The notes beneath the pieces are model-generated. The model was not told the DNA's origin. It worked only from the letters and a program-made list of their open reading frames with translations, and did not search any database. This document shows positions 37,801 through 50,016 of a stretch of 64,000 bases of DNA, in pieces (positions within the stretch are counted from its first letter, which is position 1; the number at the start of each line of letters is the position of its first letter). The translations under genes were made by a program, and so were the position numbers. Source of the stretch: Antedon mediterranea (taxonomy: Eukaryota; Animalia; Echinodermata); NCBI RefSeq assembly GCF_964355755.1, contig NC_092677.1:4300101-4364100 (forward strand), given 5' to 3'.

Positions 37801-40292
37801 CGTATCACAATCACTTTGGCCTTCTGACAGATATGTGGTAGGTTTGCTGGTGGTTCTTCGTGCGAAGTATTTAATAATACAGTATAGAATAAAACATTAT
37901 TACGAATGGACTATAACTAATGCTGATTACTGGGTTACTATAACATTTTAAATTTTCTAGAAAACTTTGCTTGACAGTATTTACGTCCTTGATCCAAGAT
38001 ACAGTGAACATTTATAAGATCTTGAAACGGCACAGTAAGTAGCATGTTTAAAAAAGAGGCATTGTTATGCAATTGTTGTAATGATTTGATTATCTCTGAA
38101 AAACAAATTTTGTAGCCTTTTTTGTATAATACGGTAACTATTTATTATAATTATTTTTTAAATGTGTGTAAACAAACGAAATCTTGCTCGTCTGAACGTG
38201 TATTATGAGGATCTATCGTACGTCTCCATATCTGAAGTACCAGCTTATACAGTAAGTATACACAGTCAAATCTAGTCGGTCTTTCGACGTTTGCATATAT
38301 CACAAAATGGCAAAATACACAAACATCCATTTCTAGATCTCTGGAAATTGAGATAGTACTTCCATTGATAGTTGGGGTTGGGTGAAGTGTATGGAACATT
38401 TAAAGTTTCTATGTCAACATACAGCCTACGTTGATAGCCTATTGTATTCTGAATTTCAGTGGCAAAGCCTCTTCGGTGACGTAGGAGGAACTCTGGGGCT
38501 GTATATTGGTCTTTCATTGCTAACTGTTGTCGAATTTTGCGAATTCTTCATTGATATTCTTCTTTATTGTTGTAACAAAATGGTGAAGAGGAACAAAGTA
38601 CAGAACTCACCCGAGTTGTAGTTTCTTTGATGCAACCGCATGGAAAACACATATTTCCTATTTTCTTGTATATAACTTCAGTCTTATAGACAAGAAGAGT
38701 AGGCTTAACACAGTAGATTTAAATTATTAGATTATGTAATTTATACACACCAACTTTTATTTTAGGGAATTTTACAGCTTACTATGTCGGTCGGTTGGTC
38801 GGTAAACTTGAGCACGCGACTGCAGCCATGCATATGGCCTTGTTCTATGAACTAGCACAATATATTTTCCTCTTTTATAGAACTTTAAAGTAACACTGTA
38901 TACCAAATTAAATTTAATAAATTGCTACATAGTTTATAAGTACTTTCTTTTAGGGAAGGATGCGGTTTATTTATGTGTGTATATTTCATAGTAAAGGAAC
39001 ATGGAGATGACTAAAGTACACAATTTGTTCGGCAATTAAAAATAGCACGTCAATAGAATAGTCAATCTTGTGACGATCAAGTAATAGAAATCATTATTAA
39101 ATACAACACAATATAATCAAAGAAAAGAGTACTTTTGTCCACTTTGAAGTGTATTTAGTACAATGATTTATTGTGCTTGATATCAATTTTAGACTGTATA
39201 CTAGAATTTTTACAGGTCTTTTTTTGCATAGTTAATTTAGATTGTAGAGATTATTATGCCTTATATCAACCTACCTGTTTGTCTTGAACTATTTACAAAT
39301 TGTAAATTAAAAAATCAATCGATGCATGTTTTTTATTTTTTTTTAAATACACAATTCTGCAATACTAAATAACGTTTTAGTTTTATTATTATTTAGCATT
39401 ATTTTTCTTTATTTATTTATACTACAAATTTTATGAATATGTATTGTTATATTCCAAGATGTATTTTAAGTGGAGAGAGGCACTATATGTCAACATATCA
39501 TATTCATGGTCCTCTTCCCACGACGGTTGTTACATAATGCTTTGCATTTCTTTTTATTTTTTCAAAATTGTATTTATATGATTCATATGGACATTTTGTC
39601 TGAAATAAAGTTGAATTGAATAGTAAGCCTATTCTAATTGTTAAGCTTAGTATTCATAATAAAATTTACTTGTGTTTTTAAGTCCTGATGATAACTTATT
39701 ATCTTAATAAATAAATTAGCCTAAATTTTAGAGACCTACCAAAAATCAAACGATGTATGCATTAGCATATAAACTTTCAAAACTTTCTAGTGTGCATGCG
39801 CAGTTTAATACAATATAGTGCCCTCTATTAATTTTCCAGTCAAGGGCTGTTGGCGCGTTCTCTATTATGTCATAATTAATCATGAATTATTCATGATTTC
39901 TGCCCACGTTCGTCCTGGAAAAAAAAATTACGCGGGCTGTTGCAGTGCAGTTAGAAACAGTGTTTTTCAGGACACAGTAAATTGCTTAGTTTTAAAGCAT
40001 TAGGCTAGCAAAGACACGCTATCGTATTGATCTGCTACCGTACCATCAGTACATTGGCCAATTTGTCTTAATCTCACATAAGTGGCGTTGATTAAGTGGG
40101 CCTATCCAATACATAATTATGAATTCCCTAATCAAATTAGCAAACCTCAAAGTCAATAGTATAATAGCATTTTGTATTAATGTACATGTACGCTTGATGT
40201 GTGTTGATCGTCGCAATTTGTTCATTTTGTTGCTACTGCGCTGCTTGATACAACGATTACTAATAAGTTCTCGTAATTGGACGCCCACAACC

Positions 40293-40306
40293 GTATCCAT
40301 GGAAAC
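40293..40306 (+). promoter_or_regulatory. RFX X-box-like motif
   Basis: gtatccatggaaac closely fits the X-box palindrome GTTNCCATGGNAAC. It lies ~150 bp upstream of the ATG at 40456. Confidence 0.45.
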
Positions 40307-40455
40307 GCATCAACTATTTAAAAAAATTGTCGCGTTATGTATTATGGCTTTTAAGAATGCGATATCTTAGAAAGACGACACATCTCAATAATTCTGTTAC
40401 AAACAAAATCTAAATCTACCCGACAATAATGGAAGATTGTTGTTGAAAACACAAG

Positions 40456-40499
40456 ATGAGTGATAAAGAAACGTTTGAAGAGATAACTTCTAAATTAGG
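40456..40499 (+). pseudogene. Probable truncated first exon of a further DEG/ENaC paralogue, cut by the duplication breakpoint
   Basis: MSDKETFEEITSKLG aligns loosely with MAQEEEETVLGISRNFG (the segment before ENTSSHG). The sequence switches to CCDC113 intron 6 exactly at the Gly codon. Confidence 0.45.
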
Positions 40500-41074
40500 T
40501 ACAAGTAATTGTCTTCTACATCAAAATGTCAATAATTTAAAGATCGATAAAGATCTGAATAAGATAGAAAAACAAAATCCAATAATTGTAACTTTGTACA
40601 TATTAGTTTTTTTCTTCACATTAATACAAAATTGTTTAAAATTCCTTTTGGGTTAATCTAATGGACATTCTATAGACCTTATTATTATATTACCTTGTTT
40701 TATCGTTGTTTGTGTGATTTATACTGTAGCTAGTTAGGATTAGTACGTTCAATTAAAATATGTTTACATGATCAAAAAAAAAACTTTCATAATATAGAAT
40801 AATACAGGTTACATTCCAATTTAATCAAGTACAATATATACTATAATTTTAGTAGCATCTCTTTGCATCCTTAAATAGTAGCTATAATAAAATAAAAAGT
40901 CGATATGTAATATAGGATCATAGTAAAAATATGCATTGTCACCAAAAATGTTTATTATTGACAAATGTGTAAAATGAGGACGACTAGTACTATTTTATTG
41001 TTTGAACTTAGAAATGGAAAAAAAAAATCGATCATTTTAATCAAATTTATTTTCGAAATTCTTTTTCATTATAG

Positions 41075-41176
41075 ATGGCCTTGGGAGCTAACCGAAAGAC
41101 ATGGCAACAATTGAAGGCAGCTAGTCACCAACAGCAACAGCAACTATGGAACATGGAACCAATCAAAATGTCCTAA
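41075..41176 (+). pseudogene. CCDC113: Orphan duplicate of the CCDC113 last exon
   Basis: Copy of 20152-20253 with an AGA>GGA change. No upstream CCDC113 exons in this unit. Confidence 0.9.
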
Positions 41177-42382
41177 GAAAGTCATGTCGTCTGCTGAAGA
41201 TACAGTTACATCAATTGGTGTTTACTCCCTCTTCCAAAATTATTGATTTTTCTTTTACTGAATTATGAATTATATTTGTCAGACAAACATTTATTGTGTA
41301 TTTAGATGAAAATGTAAATAAACAAACATGTTGTAATTGAAATGCTGTATTTTGTGTATTTAATATAATATAGACTTCTTTCTATGTATAAAATTACTTT
41401 TACTCTTCACATTTTGTTCTTTCAATATAAGTTTTAATATAAACTAGAAAGGCACTTCGATAGTGCAAACCTCGCCTAGCCTAGGCATATGAAAATGTAT
41501 GTTTCCATACAGCTATGAAACCATCCTTTAACATTTTATGTATTTATAACCTTTTGACTAATCTTCCTAACAAATATAGAAAGAAACGAACAAACAAATG
41601 CACACACGTGATCGACCACATAACCTCTCGCCATTTTGGGCGAAGGTAACAACAATTACATTCGAGAAACATTAATATCCACTGTTAAAAGGGTAATATC
41701 AACAGACCGAACACGTTATTTGATTGGCTTGGTCATGATCAGCGCGCGGAAGCATGATTAACGGTGAATGTGAATCTACCTATGTGATTGGTCACTTGTG
41801 CGTTGCGCGTACTTTCTTGCATATCATTATACCGTAGTGTCTACAATCATAATCGCAATATACAATACAAGTACTCGTATAGTATTCGTATTTTATGCGT
41901 TGTTGCTGTAAAGTATTTAGTAAAACCAGAGATAGAGTTATAATTACATTTACATATTGTAAGAAAGTGTGATGAACAATGAATATGTCTTCTAATTAAT
42001 TGGCAAATGTTAGGCTTAGGAAATTCTCAAATGATTAGAAATATCGATCGGATTTCGAATAAATATCTTCTTAAATAATGTTACAATAATCTGGAAGACG
42101 CTCATTTTAAAGTTTTTTTGCAGATAACAAGCATCGTTCTATCGGAGACTAGTAATTTATTATAAAACATAACAGGTTTCCATTTTTATTTTGCCTTTCC
42201 GTTTACGAAAAAAGTATCACGACCTACGCGGGAAAAACGAATATTGTCTGTGATATCTATATATTTTCGTAACTTTACGAATTGTACGTCCACGCATTAT
42301 TAAGAGACGGGTAGATACATTGGTTGACACAGCTAGGGCCAATTAAGAAACGAAATCAACATTGAAATTGGCCTAAGAAAAT

Positions 42383-45300
42383 ATGGCTCAAGAAGAAGAC
42401 TCTGTACTTGGAATAAGTCGAAAGTTCGGAGAAAACACTTCTTCACATGGTATACCACGGATAGTAGCGTCAAAATCGTATTTTGGAAAGATCTTCTGGA
42501 GTTGTTTGTATGTAGCTTCTCTAGGAGCGTTCACTTGGCAGGCCTATGTCCTCATCGATACATACTTCAAGTTTGAAGTTTCTATCAAAGTAAGTCGAAT
42601 TCAAAAGGTGTATAGTTTAACTTCACTCAAGGGCTATACATACAAAATCGAGGTTTACACTTTTGTACATTTAAAGCTCTGTCTGCACCATCAATTTTTG
42701 TGAAAAAAAAATGTGATGTGCCCATGTATAGACACGATGATGTCATATCCCTACCATAGTGGACACATCACATTATTTTTGTTGTCTAAGTAGTTTGATA
42801 GTGTAGACAGAGCCCAAGGAACTGCATTCATACGGCCCTTTTGTGGTCAATTGAATAATGACCCGATATTCCTTTATAATAGGCCTATAGTAACTTCTAC
42901 ATTTAGGCCTAACATCAAATTCATACATTTGCAGGGCTTTAACAGTAACGTTTGACTTATTTCCATTTTTGTAGAACTGAAATAGCAATTCTTTATAAAA
43001 GATTAAATCAAATTATTAATTACGCACATTTATATTAGAAAAGAAATGAATTTCTTGAAGTATTTCTTGTTTTGATTTTATTCGTTCAGTAATTAATTAA
43101 TAAAACGGATATTTCTTGCTTTGCTTTTATTTATTTTTGTCAGTACGTCGTTGAAAACTCAGACGCCAGACCCTTGCAATTTCCCGCCGTTACCTTGTGC
43201 AATACAAATCAAGTTCGCCGGTCTGTTTTGGCGTTACGTCATGAGTATGAGATACTATCGTCCATTGAAAACTACACAAATCGTTTACAATATTACGGTA
43301 AAACATTTTTTATTAGTATTTTGCGTCAATGTTTTGTTTTGTCAGCTCTGTCTTTATGGGACCCGATGATGTCATATCAGTACCATCACACTTTTTTTTA
43401 CACAAACTAGTTTGGCCCTGTTCCATTCTACCATTAAGGACCTAATAATTGTTTAGTCAGAGCGAATACATCTCTATGGTAAGACTTCTTTTTTTTCCCA
43501 AACCTAACGCCTTATCTTTGCTTCTCTATCTGAAAAAAACATCGATGTGTGTATGTAGGCCTAAATATGTATTCACATTTGTTTCTGCAGCTCCGTGTAA
43601 GGCTGGAGATTTTCATTGCGACAACAACAAGTGTGTTAAAGATTACAGGGTGTGCAACGGTATTGATGATTGTGGTGATAAGTCAGATGAACAAGACTGT
43701 CTACCTGAAAGTAAGTATTGGAATTTTTATCCACCCGTAAAATGATGGAACACACGAGTATTATTGATAATTTATTAATAACACCACCGCCATTGTTTTC
43801 TTTCTGTATTGATGCTAGTTACACTCCGTCATGCATGAGTAATATGATGGAACGCACGAGTATTATTGATAATTTAGTAATAATTATCACCACCGCCATT
43901 GGCTTTCTGTGATGGCACTAGTTACACTCCGTTATGTGTGAGTAATGAATGACGTAATACATAAGCAGTAAGATTGTATTCGTAGTCCACGTGACTGTGA
44001 ATTCCGGTAAATGCGTCTTGATTTTAAAAAGACAGTGTGTCTAAATAAAGTACGACGAATGCATTTAGCTGAGTATCATTGTTTTGTACTTGTCGTCATA
44101 ATATTTCATTACTAATCATTATTATATTTATTTTGCATAAATACATTTTTTTTTTGTTATAAAAAGTTCCGTGTCGATCTGGGTACAAGCGGTGTCAAAT
44201 TGGAGGAGAATCCGGTTATTGTATTAGCGAAGACAGATGGTGTGATAGAAATGTAGATTGTTACGACGGAGAAGACGAAGTTTGTACAGCGAATGACAGT
44301 GAGTAACATTAAGTTAAAGAACATTAAATTACCCAACTTCCTTAACATATTACTCCTTAAAATTAGAATAACAATGGAATATATATGAGGAAGAAGTATA
44401 AAATCATTGTATTTATCATTTCAAAATGAAATTAATAAAAGTAGTGGTTAATGCCACAAAAAAGAGGAAAAAAACATTTCTTACCGTACGAGGTAATAGT
44501 CATAGCCCAAAGTATGAGTTGGACTAGAATTACTATCAAAATTGAAAAGTTCCCATGCGCTGGATTATGCGAATTCATTATCATGTTTTGCCATCTACGA
44601 TAAGAGTTCATGACATTTACGCGAATATATTCGATTAGTTAAAAGCAAACTTTATGCATTTATTTCAGTTAAGTGCAAGGACGATGAATTTTCATGTAAA
44701 AGCGGGGTAGAGGCGTCTTTTGAAACTGAATTTGTTGAAAAATATGGGACTAAGTATTGCATTAATGCCAAGCTAAAATGTGATGGTATTAGACATTGTG
44801 CGAATGATGCTGACGAAGCAAATTGTCCAGGTGATGTAATAAAATGTTGTCTTGGTAATTGGAGTATGTTCAAAATATCGATATTTATTAATAGCGATAG
44901 CGCTTTTGTATAAATGCACCAAAACCATAGCCATACAATCTAAACGCTCTACTTTACATTTTTGGTAGGCCTATTAATGTATATGCATCCTCAACATAAC
45001 CCAGGACCTGCTTGTATAGGAAGAATGGTTCTTGGGACAGGCGGTGTAAGTGGTAGGCCTAGATAAAATGTCACTGCCAATCTAGTACAAATTGATACTC
45101 GTTGTTTTTGTAGCAGGACAATGTAATGAGAATGAATTTACATGTGGAGATATCATTTGCATCCCGAATGATTATAAGTGCGACGGGTTTTGTGACTGCG
45201 CAGACTGCAGGGACGAGTCTTCAGACATAGTTTGTGTATTTACGTGCACGAATGGTAAACAAATCCCAAAAGAGGAAACGTGCGATTATAAAAACCAATG

Positions 45301-48300
45301 CGGTGATAACAGCGATGAAGAAGGATGTACAGTATTCCCAAGTATAGTTATTTTAATTTTTGTCAAAACATTTAATAACTACGGTGGCTGATTTCCGCCA
45401 AAGAAAAAAATTATTTTATAATAATACGGCATTACGGGGTAATTAGGGCGTTATAATGCCGTAATTAGGGCGTTATAACGCCCTAAATACGGCGTAAATA
45501 TATATTTTTTTGGTAGGCCTATTAATGTATATGCATCCTCAACATAACACAGGACCTGCTTGTATAGGAAGAATGGTTCTTGGGACAGGAGTTGTAAGTG
45601 GTAGGCCTAGATAAAATGTCAATCTAGTACAAACTGGACTAAATATATAATCTGTTCACACGTACATGCCCCCCTCTCGGCGCATTCACAGATTTTAGAA
45701 AGTCACGTGGTACATTACTGGCCATCTTTGTGTCCAACTATGCCTGTGTAGTGTATGGAGTCGAGTTATGTGCTTAAAAAATGATAAATAATAAAAAATT
45801 CACAGGGTTTTAAATATCCAATTTAATATCAAAACAATCAACTAATACGTATTTTTATAAACTAATTTTTTTCTTTGGCGGAAATCAGCTTTTAAATAAA
45901 TTACAAAGTATAAAATTAAAGTAACGTCTTTTAAGAAGAATTTCTTTCTCTTTACAGATTGCACTGATGAGTTTAAATTCCAATGTGATAATAAGCAGTG
46001 TATTGACAAGACTGACCTTTGTAACGATAAAGAAGACTGTTATGATTATAGCGATGAACGTTCATGTAGGTTATTTATAATCTGTTAGCCTGTGTGTCCT
46101 AGGACTGTGTTTAACATGTAAAGACAAAAAATGTTTGTTTCAGTGCTATATACTCTCAACATTATGCTTCATTTAATTTTAGGTAATTGCTCAAGAATTC
46201 TTTGTAATAACAAGAAATGTGTTAACATTTACGCTGATTGTAACGGATTAGACGAATGCGGCGATGGCTCTGATGAAATGTTCTGTAATGAAACAAGTGA
46301 GTGTACCCTCGTCCCTAAACGGCCTAATCTAAGTCGGCTCTAAACCAACTCTCCCCGAGTAGGCCTAAATTAAACCCCAATCAGTCAACACCGTTCCCAA
46401 TAAAGTTACTAACAACTATAAGTCTATTCGGCAGTTGTGACAACGTGTTGATAAATGATGCAGATAAGATAGATTTAAGTTAATATGCCTATATTTGTTA
46501 TTTTATGTAATTAGTATTGTTTTTTTATATAGGAATTCATTATCAAACACACGATCCTTCAAATTGGACAGATGACTGGTATTTCCAATACGCAGACAAA
46601 TTAGACATAGGTTCTGATACATATGTGCTTGAGACAGCAGTAAAATTATTTAAGGAATACTTCAAAGATTGGGGATTTGAGCGAGTTTCAGGAGAGTTTC
46701 CACCAGACTGGATTAGATTCCTTGTCTTCAGTAGCACGGCAGACTATAGTGACCTACAGAATGTTCTAAAACTTACCCAAGAAGAATTATCGGAACTAGG
46801 ACATCAGGCTCACCAGATGATTTTACAGTGTACTTATGGTGGTACGAAGTGTGATATTGAAAAGTACGTGAAAATGGTTTGACAGTTTTATTAATGATAA
46901 CACCTACAGTAGTTTTTGTTAATATAAAACAAATATAAACAAATCCTCAAATTATTTCTGTTTCTGTTTTTTATTTTCCATCTCTCAATTTAGAATATAT
47001 AACATATCATTTAAATGGAAAGTATGACCAAAATAGCAAAGCAACTACTGTAGATGTCTACAAAAAAAGTGGGAATAGACCGTCCTTACCTGCACACGTT
47101 TTTTTTTCATTCAGTTAGGTGTCACAAATGAATTTAAGCTTATTTGATTTCAGGGATTTTCACTTATTTCAACATGACAAATACGGTAACTGCTACACAT
47201 TTAACAGTCATAAGAAGGAAAATGCGACAAAACACGATGTATCACAACCAGGTGCCGAAAAAGGTAAGTTGGTAACCGATTGTAAGAATCCAAACGAAGA
47301 TTTGAGAAAGAGCCGAAGTTTTTCAAAATACAAACTAACATAGCATTATATTCGATTCGTAGTTTGAATCTCTTTTCACCCATTTACTTTTTGGTAATAA
47401 AGGTTTAAAGCTAACGCTGTACACAGAACAACATGAATATGTTAGTATCTTCGGACAAGAGAGTGGCATCAAAGTGTCGGTGCATAATCAGTTTGAAACA
47501 CCGTTTCCAGAAGAAAATGCCATTACCGTCTCACCAGGCAGAGCTACGTCATTAGGCATAAAAAAGGTAAACGTCAATGCAATCATTTTTCTTATCATTG
47601 AGAGATGTAATGCAATTGATGAAGAAGCTCTTTGACATGATTTACACTTGCTTTGCTTCGTTGGTTGCAAAGTAACTAGTTCCTTATGTCTTAGGTTTTT
47701 GAAAATCAATAGTTCCCTATATCACGATCGTTATAATCGAAACGTGTATTTTGAAATGTATACAATGTTTTATTTGCAGCACGAACTGATTCGGAAAGGC
47801 CAGCCATATGGTAACTGCACAAGTGAAAATGCAACCGTGAAGAACTTGATTTACAAGGGAGACACAGTGTACACAGCTACTGTAAATAACAATGATATCA
47901 TTCATGTTTATTTTACTCCATGAATTGATTTAAAAATTGAAAGGTTTCCATGTATTGTCTGTTTGTACATTGGTCTGTATTCAAATTATTCCTAATCAGC
48001 AGATCCAAGTTAAAAATATAAATATTATCATCATTATCATATAATTGCTGTAATGGTAGGTCTACGTCTTACCTATTTAGTATCTATTAACCCAATCATT
48101 ATTTTCATTTCTTATTTTCAATAGGCTTGCCAAAAATCGTGTTTACAACTAAAGTTACTAGAAGTTTGCGACTGTGTGGACACATTGCGTTATAATGGTT
48201 CCCAGCGTTGCCAACTACTGGATCTTGAACAAGGCTAGTTTAACCAAATGAACACACAACATTAGCAAACATTGAAGCCACTGCTGGCGCGAAAAAAAAA

Positions 48301-50016
48301 ATTCATTCTTCAATTCTTTTCGTAATTTTTATTCAGCCAAAATAAATATTTAACATGTAGGCTATACTACAAAAAGTGATTTTACTGATTAAGCGAAAAC
48401 TCAAGGGACTATAATTCGCATATGTGGACAATGAAAATACGAATACACATATGTACATAGGCTAAACCAGCCTAGCTTTACCTACAAGATCTATTCACTC
48501 ATTTTAGAAGTACATTATTTGTACCTTTAAACTGAGTGAATAGATCTTGTGAGTAAAGCTAAACATTTGTATAGACCTATATCATTGCAACAGTATTTCT
48601 AAAAGCTCAACATATTCCATTAGTACGCATCACAACATTAATATAAGGCGTACAACATACTAGATTCAATTTACCCGTAATTGCAGTGAAATATTATATT
48701 TCTAAAGCCTATACTTTTTTTTTTACCAATTAGAACGTTGCCGCCAATTTGTGAATTTTCTTCATTCTCAATATTTAATAAAATGTGATTGTCCAGTTGC
48801 TTGTCGGTAAGTTAATGTATCTTTCTAAAACTGAAACTAAATTCGCTTCTTGACTGGACTGGTAACATGTATGGTGAATTATTGTGTTAAGTTGTAACAA
48901 ATTAAACAAAACCATTGTATTGGTGGAAAGTCATGGACTACTATGTTGTGACGTCTTCTTGTAGCAAAAGAATAATTTCTATTTTTTTTTGTTTTTAGTG
49001 AAATTACATATGAAAAGACCGTATCACAATCACTTTGGCCTTCCGATAGATATGTGGTAAGTTTGCTGGTACGGTGAAGGAACTGAGAACTCGTGCCAAG
49101 GATTTAATAATATAAGATTATAACATTATTACGAATGGACTATACCTAATAAACTGATTTCGAAATAAGTTACAATAACATTTTTAATCTTCCAGAAAAC
49201 TTTGCTTGACAGTATTTACGTCCTTGAGCCAAGATACAGTGAACATTTATACGATCTCGAAACGGCACAGTAAGTAGCATGTTTCAAAAAGAGGCAATGT
49301 TTTCGCGCCAATAGAAAGCGTCAGCTTATACGCATGCGTAGAGACCGATTTTAAAGATGGAAACATGAATACGCATGACGCTTTCGATTCGTGTGAACAA
49401 ATTCGCCTAATGGAAATCGGCTTTACACATTATTAACTGTAATGATCAGATTTGCCAGACGCCTTTTAAAATTAGAGATATTCAGTCTTCAATGTATAAA
49501 TTGTATTTGTATAATAACTATTTTTCTATAATTACTTTTGAAATGTGTGTAAACAGAAGAAATCTTGCTCGTCTGAACGTGTATTATGAGGATCTTTCGT
49601 ACGTCTCCATATCCGAACTCCCTGCTTATACAGTAAGTATACACAGACACGTCTATTTAGTATTACTTTCAAGGACCTTTTGGACGTCCATAATATCACA
49701 AAAAAATCGATCAAAAATTCTGAACCTTTAATTTCAATAATCCTATAGGCCTATTTTGTGAAAAATCGAGATTGAGTGAGAAAATTGACCGGGTGATAAA
49801 ATAATCCGATATTTCAACGTAATGTACTTTATAACCAATTATTCTGAATTTCAGTGGCAAAGCCTCTTCGGTGACGTAGGAGGAACTCTAGGGCTGTATA
49901 TTGGTCTTTCATTGCTAACTGTTGTCGAATTCTGCGAATTCTTCATTGATATTCTTCTTTATTGTTGTAACAAAATGATGAAGAGGAACAAAGTACAAAG
50001 CATACCGGGCATGTAG
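42383..50016 (+). CDS. Intact DEG/ENaC/ASIC-family cation channel with 7 extracellular LDLa modules, copy A2, 18 exons, ~827 aa
   Basis: Exons 42383-42589, 43144-43297, 43591-43710, 44167-44298, 44669-44830, 45114-45341, 45958-46065, 46183-46296, 46533-46863, 47154-47263, 47403-47566, 47780-47881, 48125-48233 (GC donor), 48734-48806, 48999-49056, 49196-49269, 49557-49632, 49855-50016 = 2484 nt, open. ENaC motifs: TSSHG, TM1, FPAVTLCN, LGHQ..MILQC, YGNCYTFN, Cys-rich thumb, WPS, LNVYY, TM2 LFGDVGGTLGLYIGLSLLTVVEF. LDLa motifs such as CNGIDDCGDKSDEQDC. Confidence 0.9.

Larger units (their letters stand above)
30968..38621 (+). pseudogene. DEG/ENaC-LDLa channel copy B1, disabled
   Basis: Same 18-exon layout. 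Nonsense TAA at 32844-32846 in exon 4 (TAT TAA vs TGT CAA in other copies). SINE inserted in exon 15 (37474-37800). Exon-17 acceptor AG changed to AA (~38174-38175). Confidence 0.88.
19575..40497. repeat. Unit 1 of a recent ~20.9-kb tandem segmental duplication (unit 2 starts at 40498 and runs past ~62338)
   Basis: Sequence from ggtacaagtaattg at 19575 recurs nearly identically from 40498, including introns, MITEs and both channel genes. Confidence 0.95.

Noticed and set aside
40456-40656. 66-aa ORF as a genuine small protein
   Set aside because: Chimeric across the duplication junction. All but the first ~15 codons are CCDC113 intron-6 sequence.
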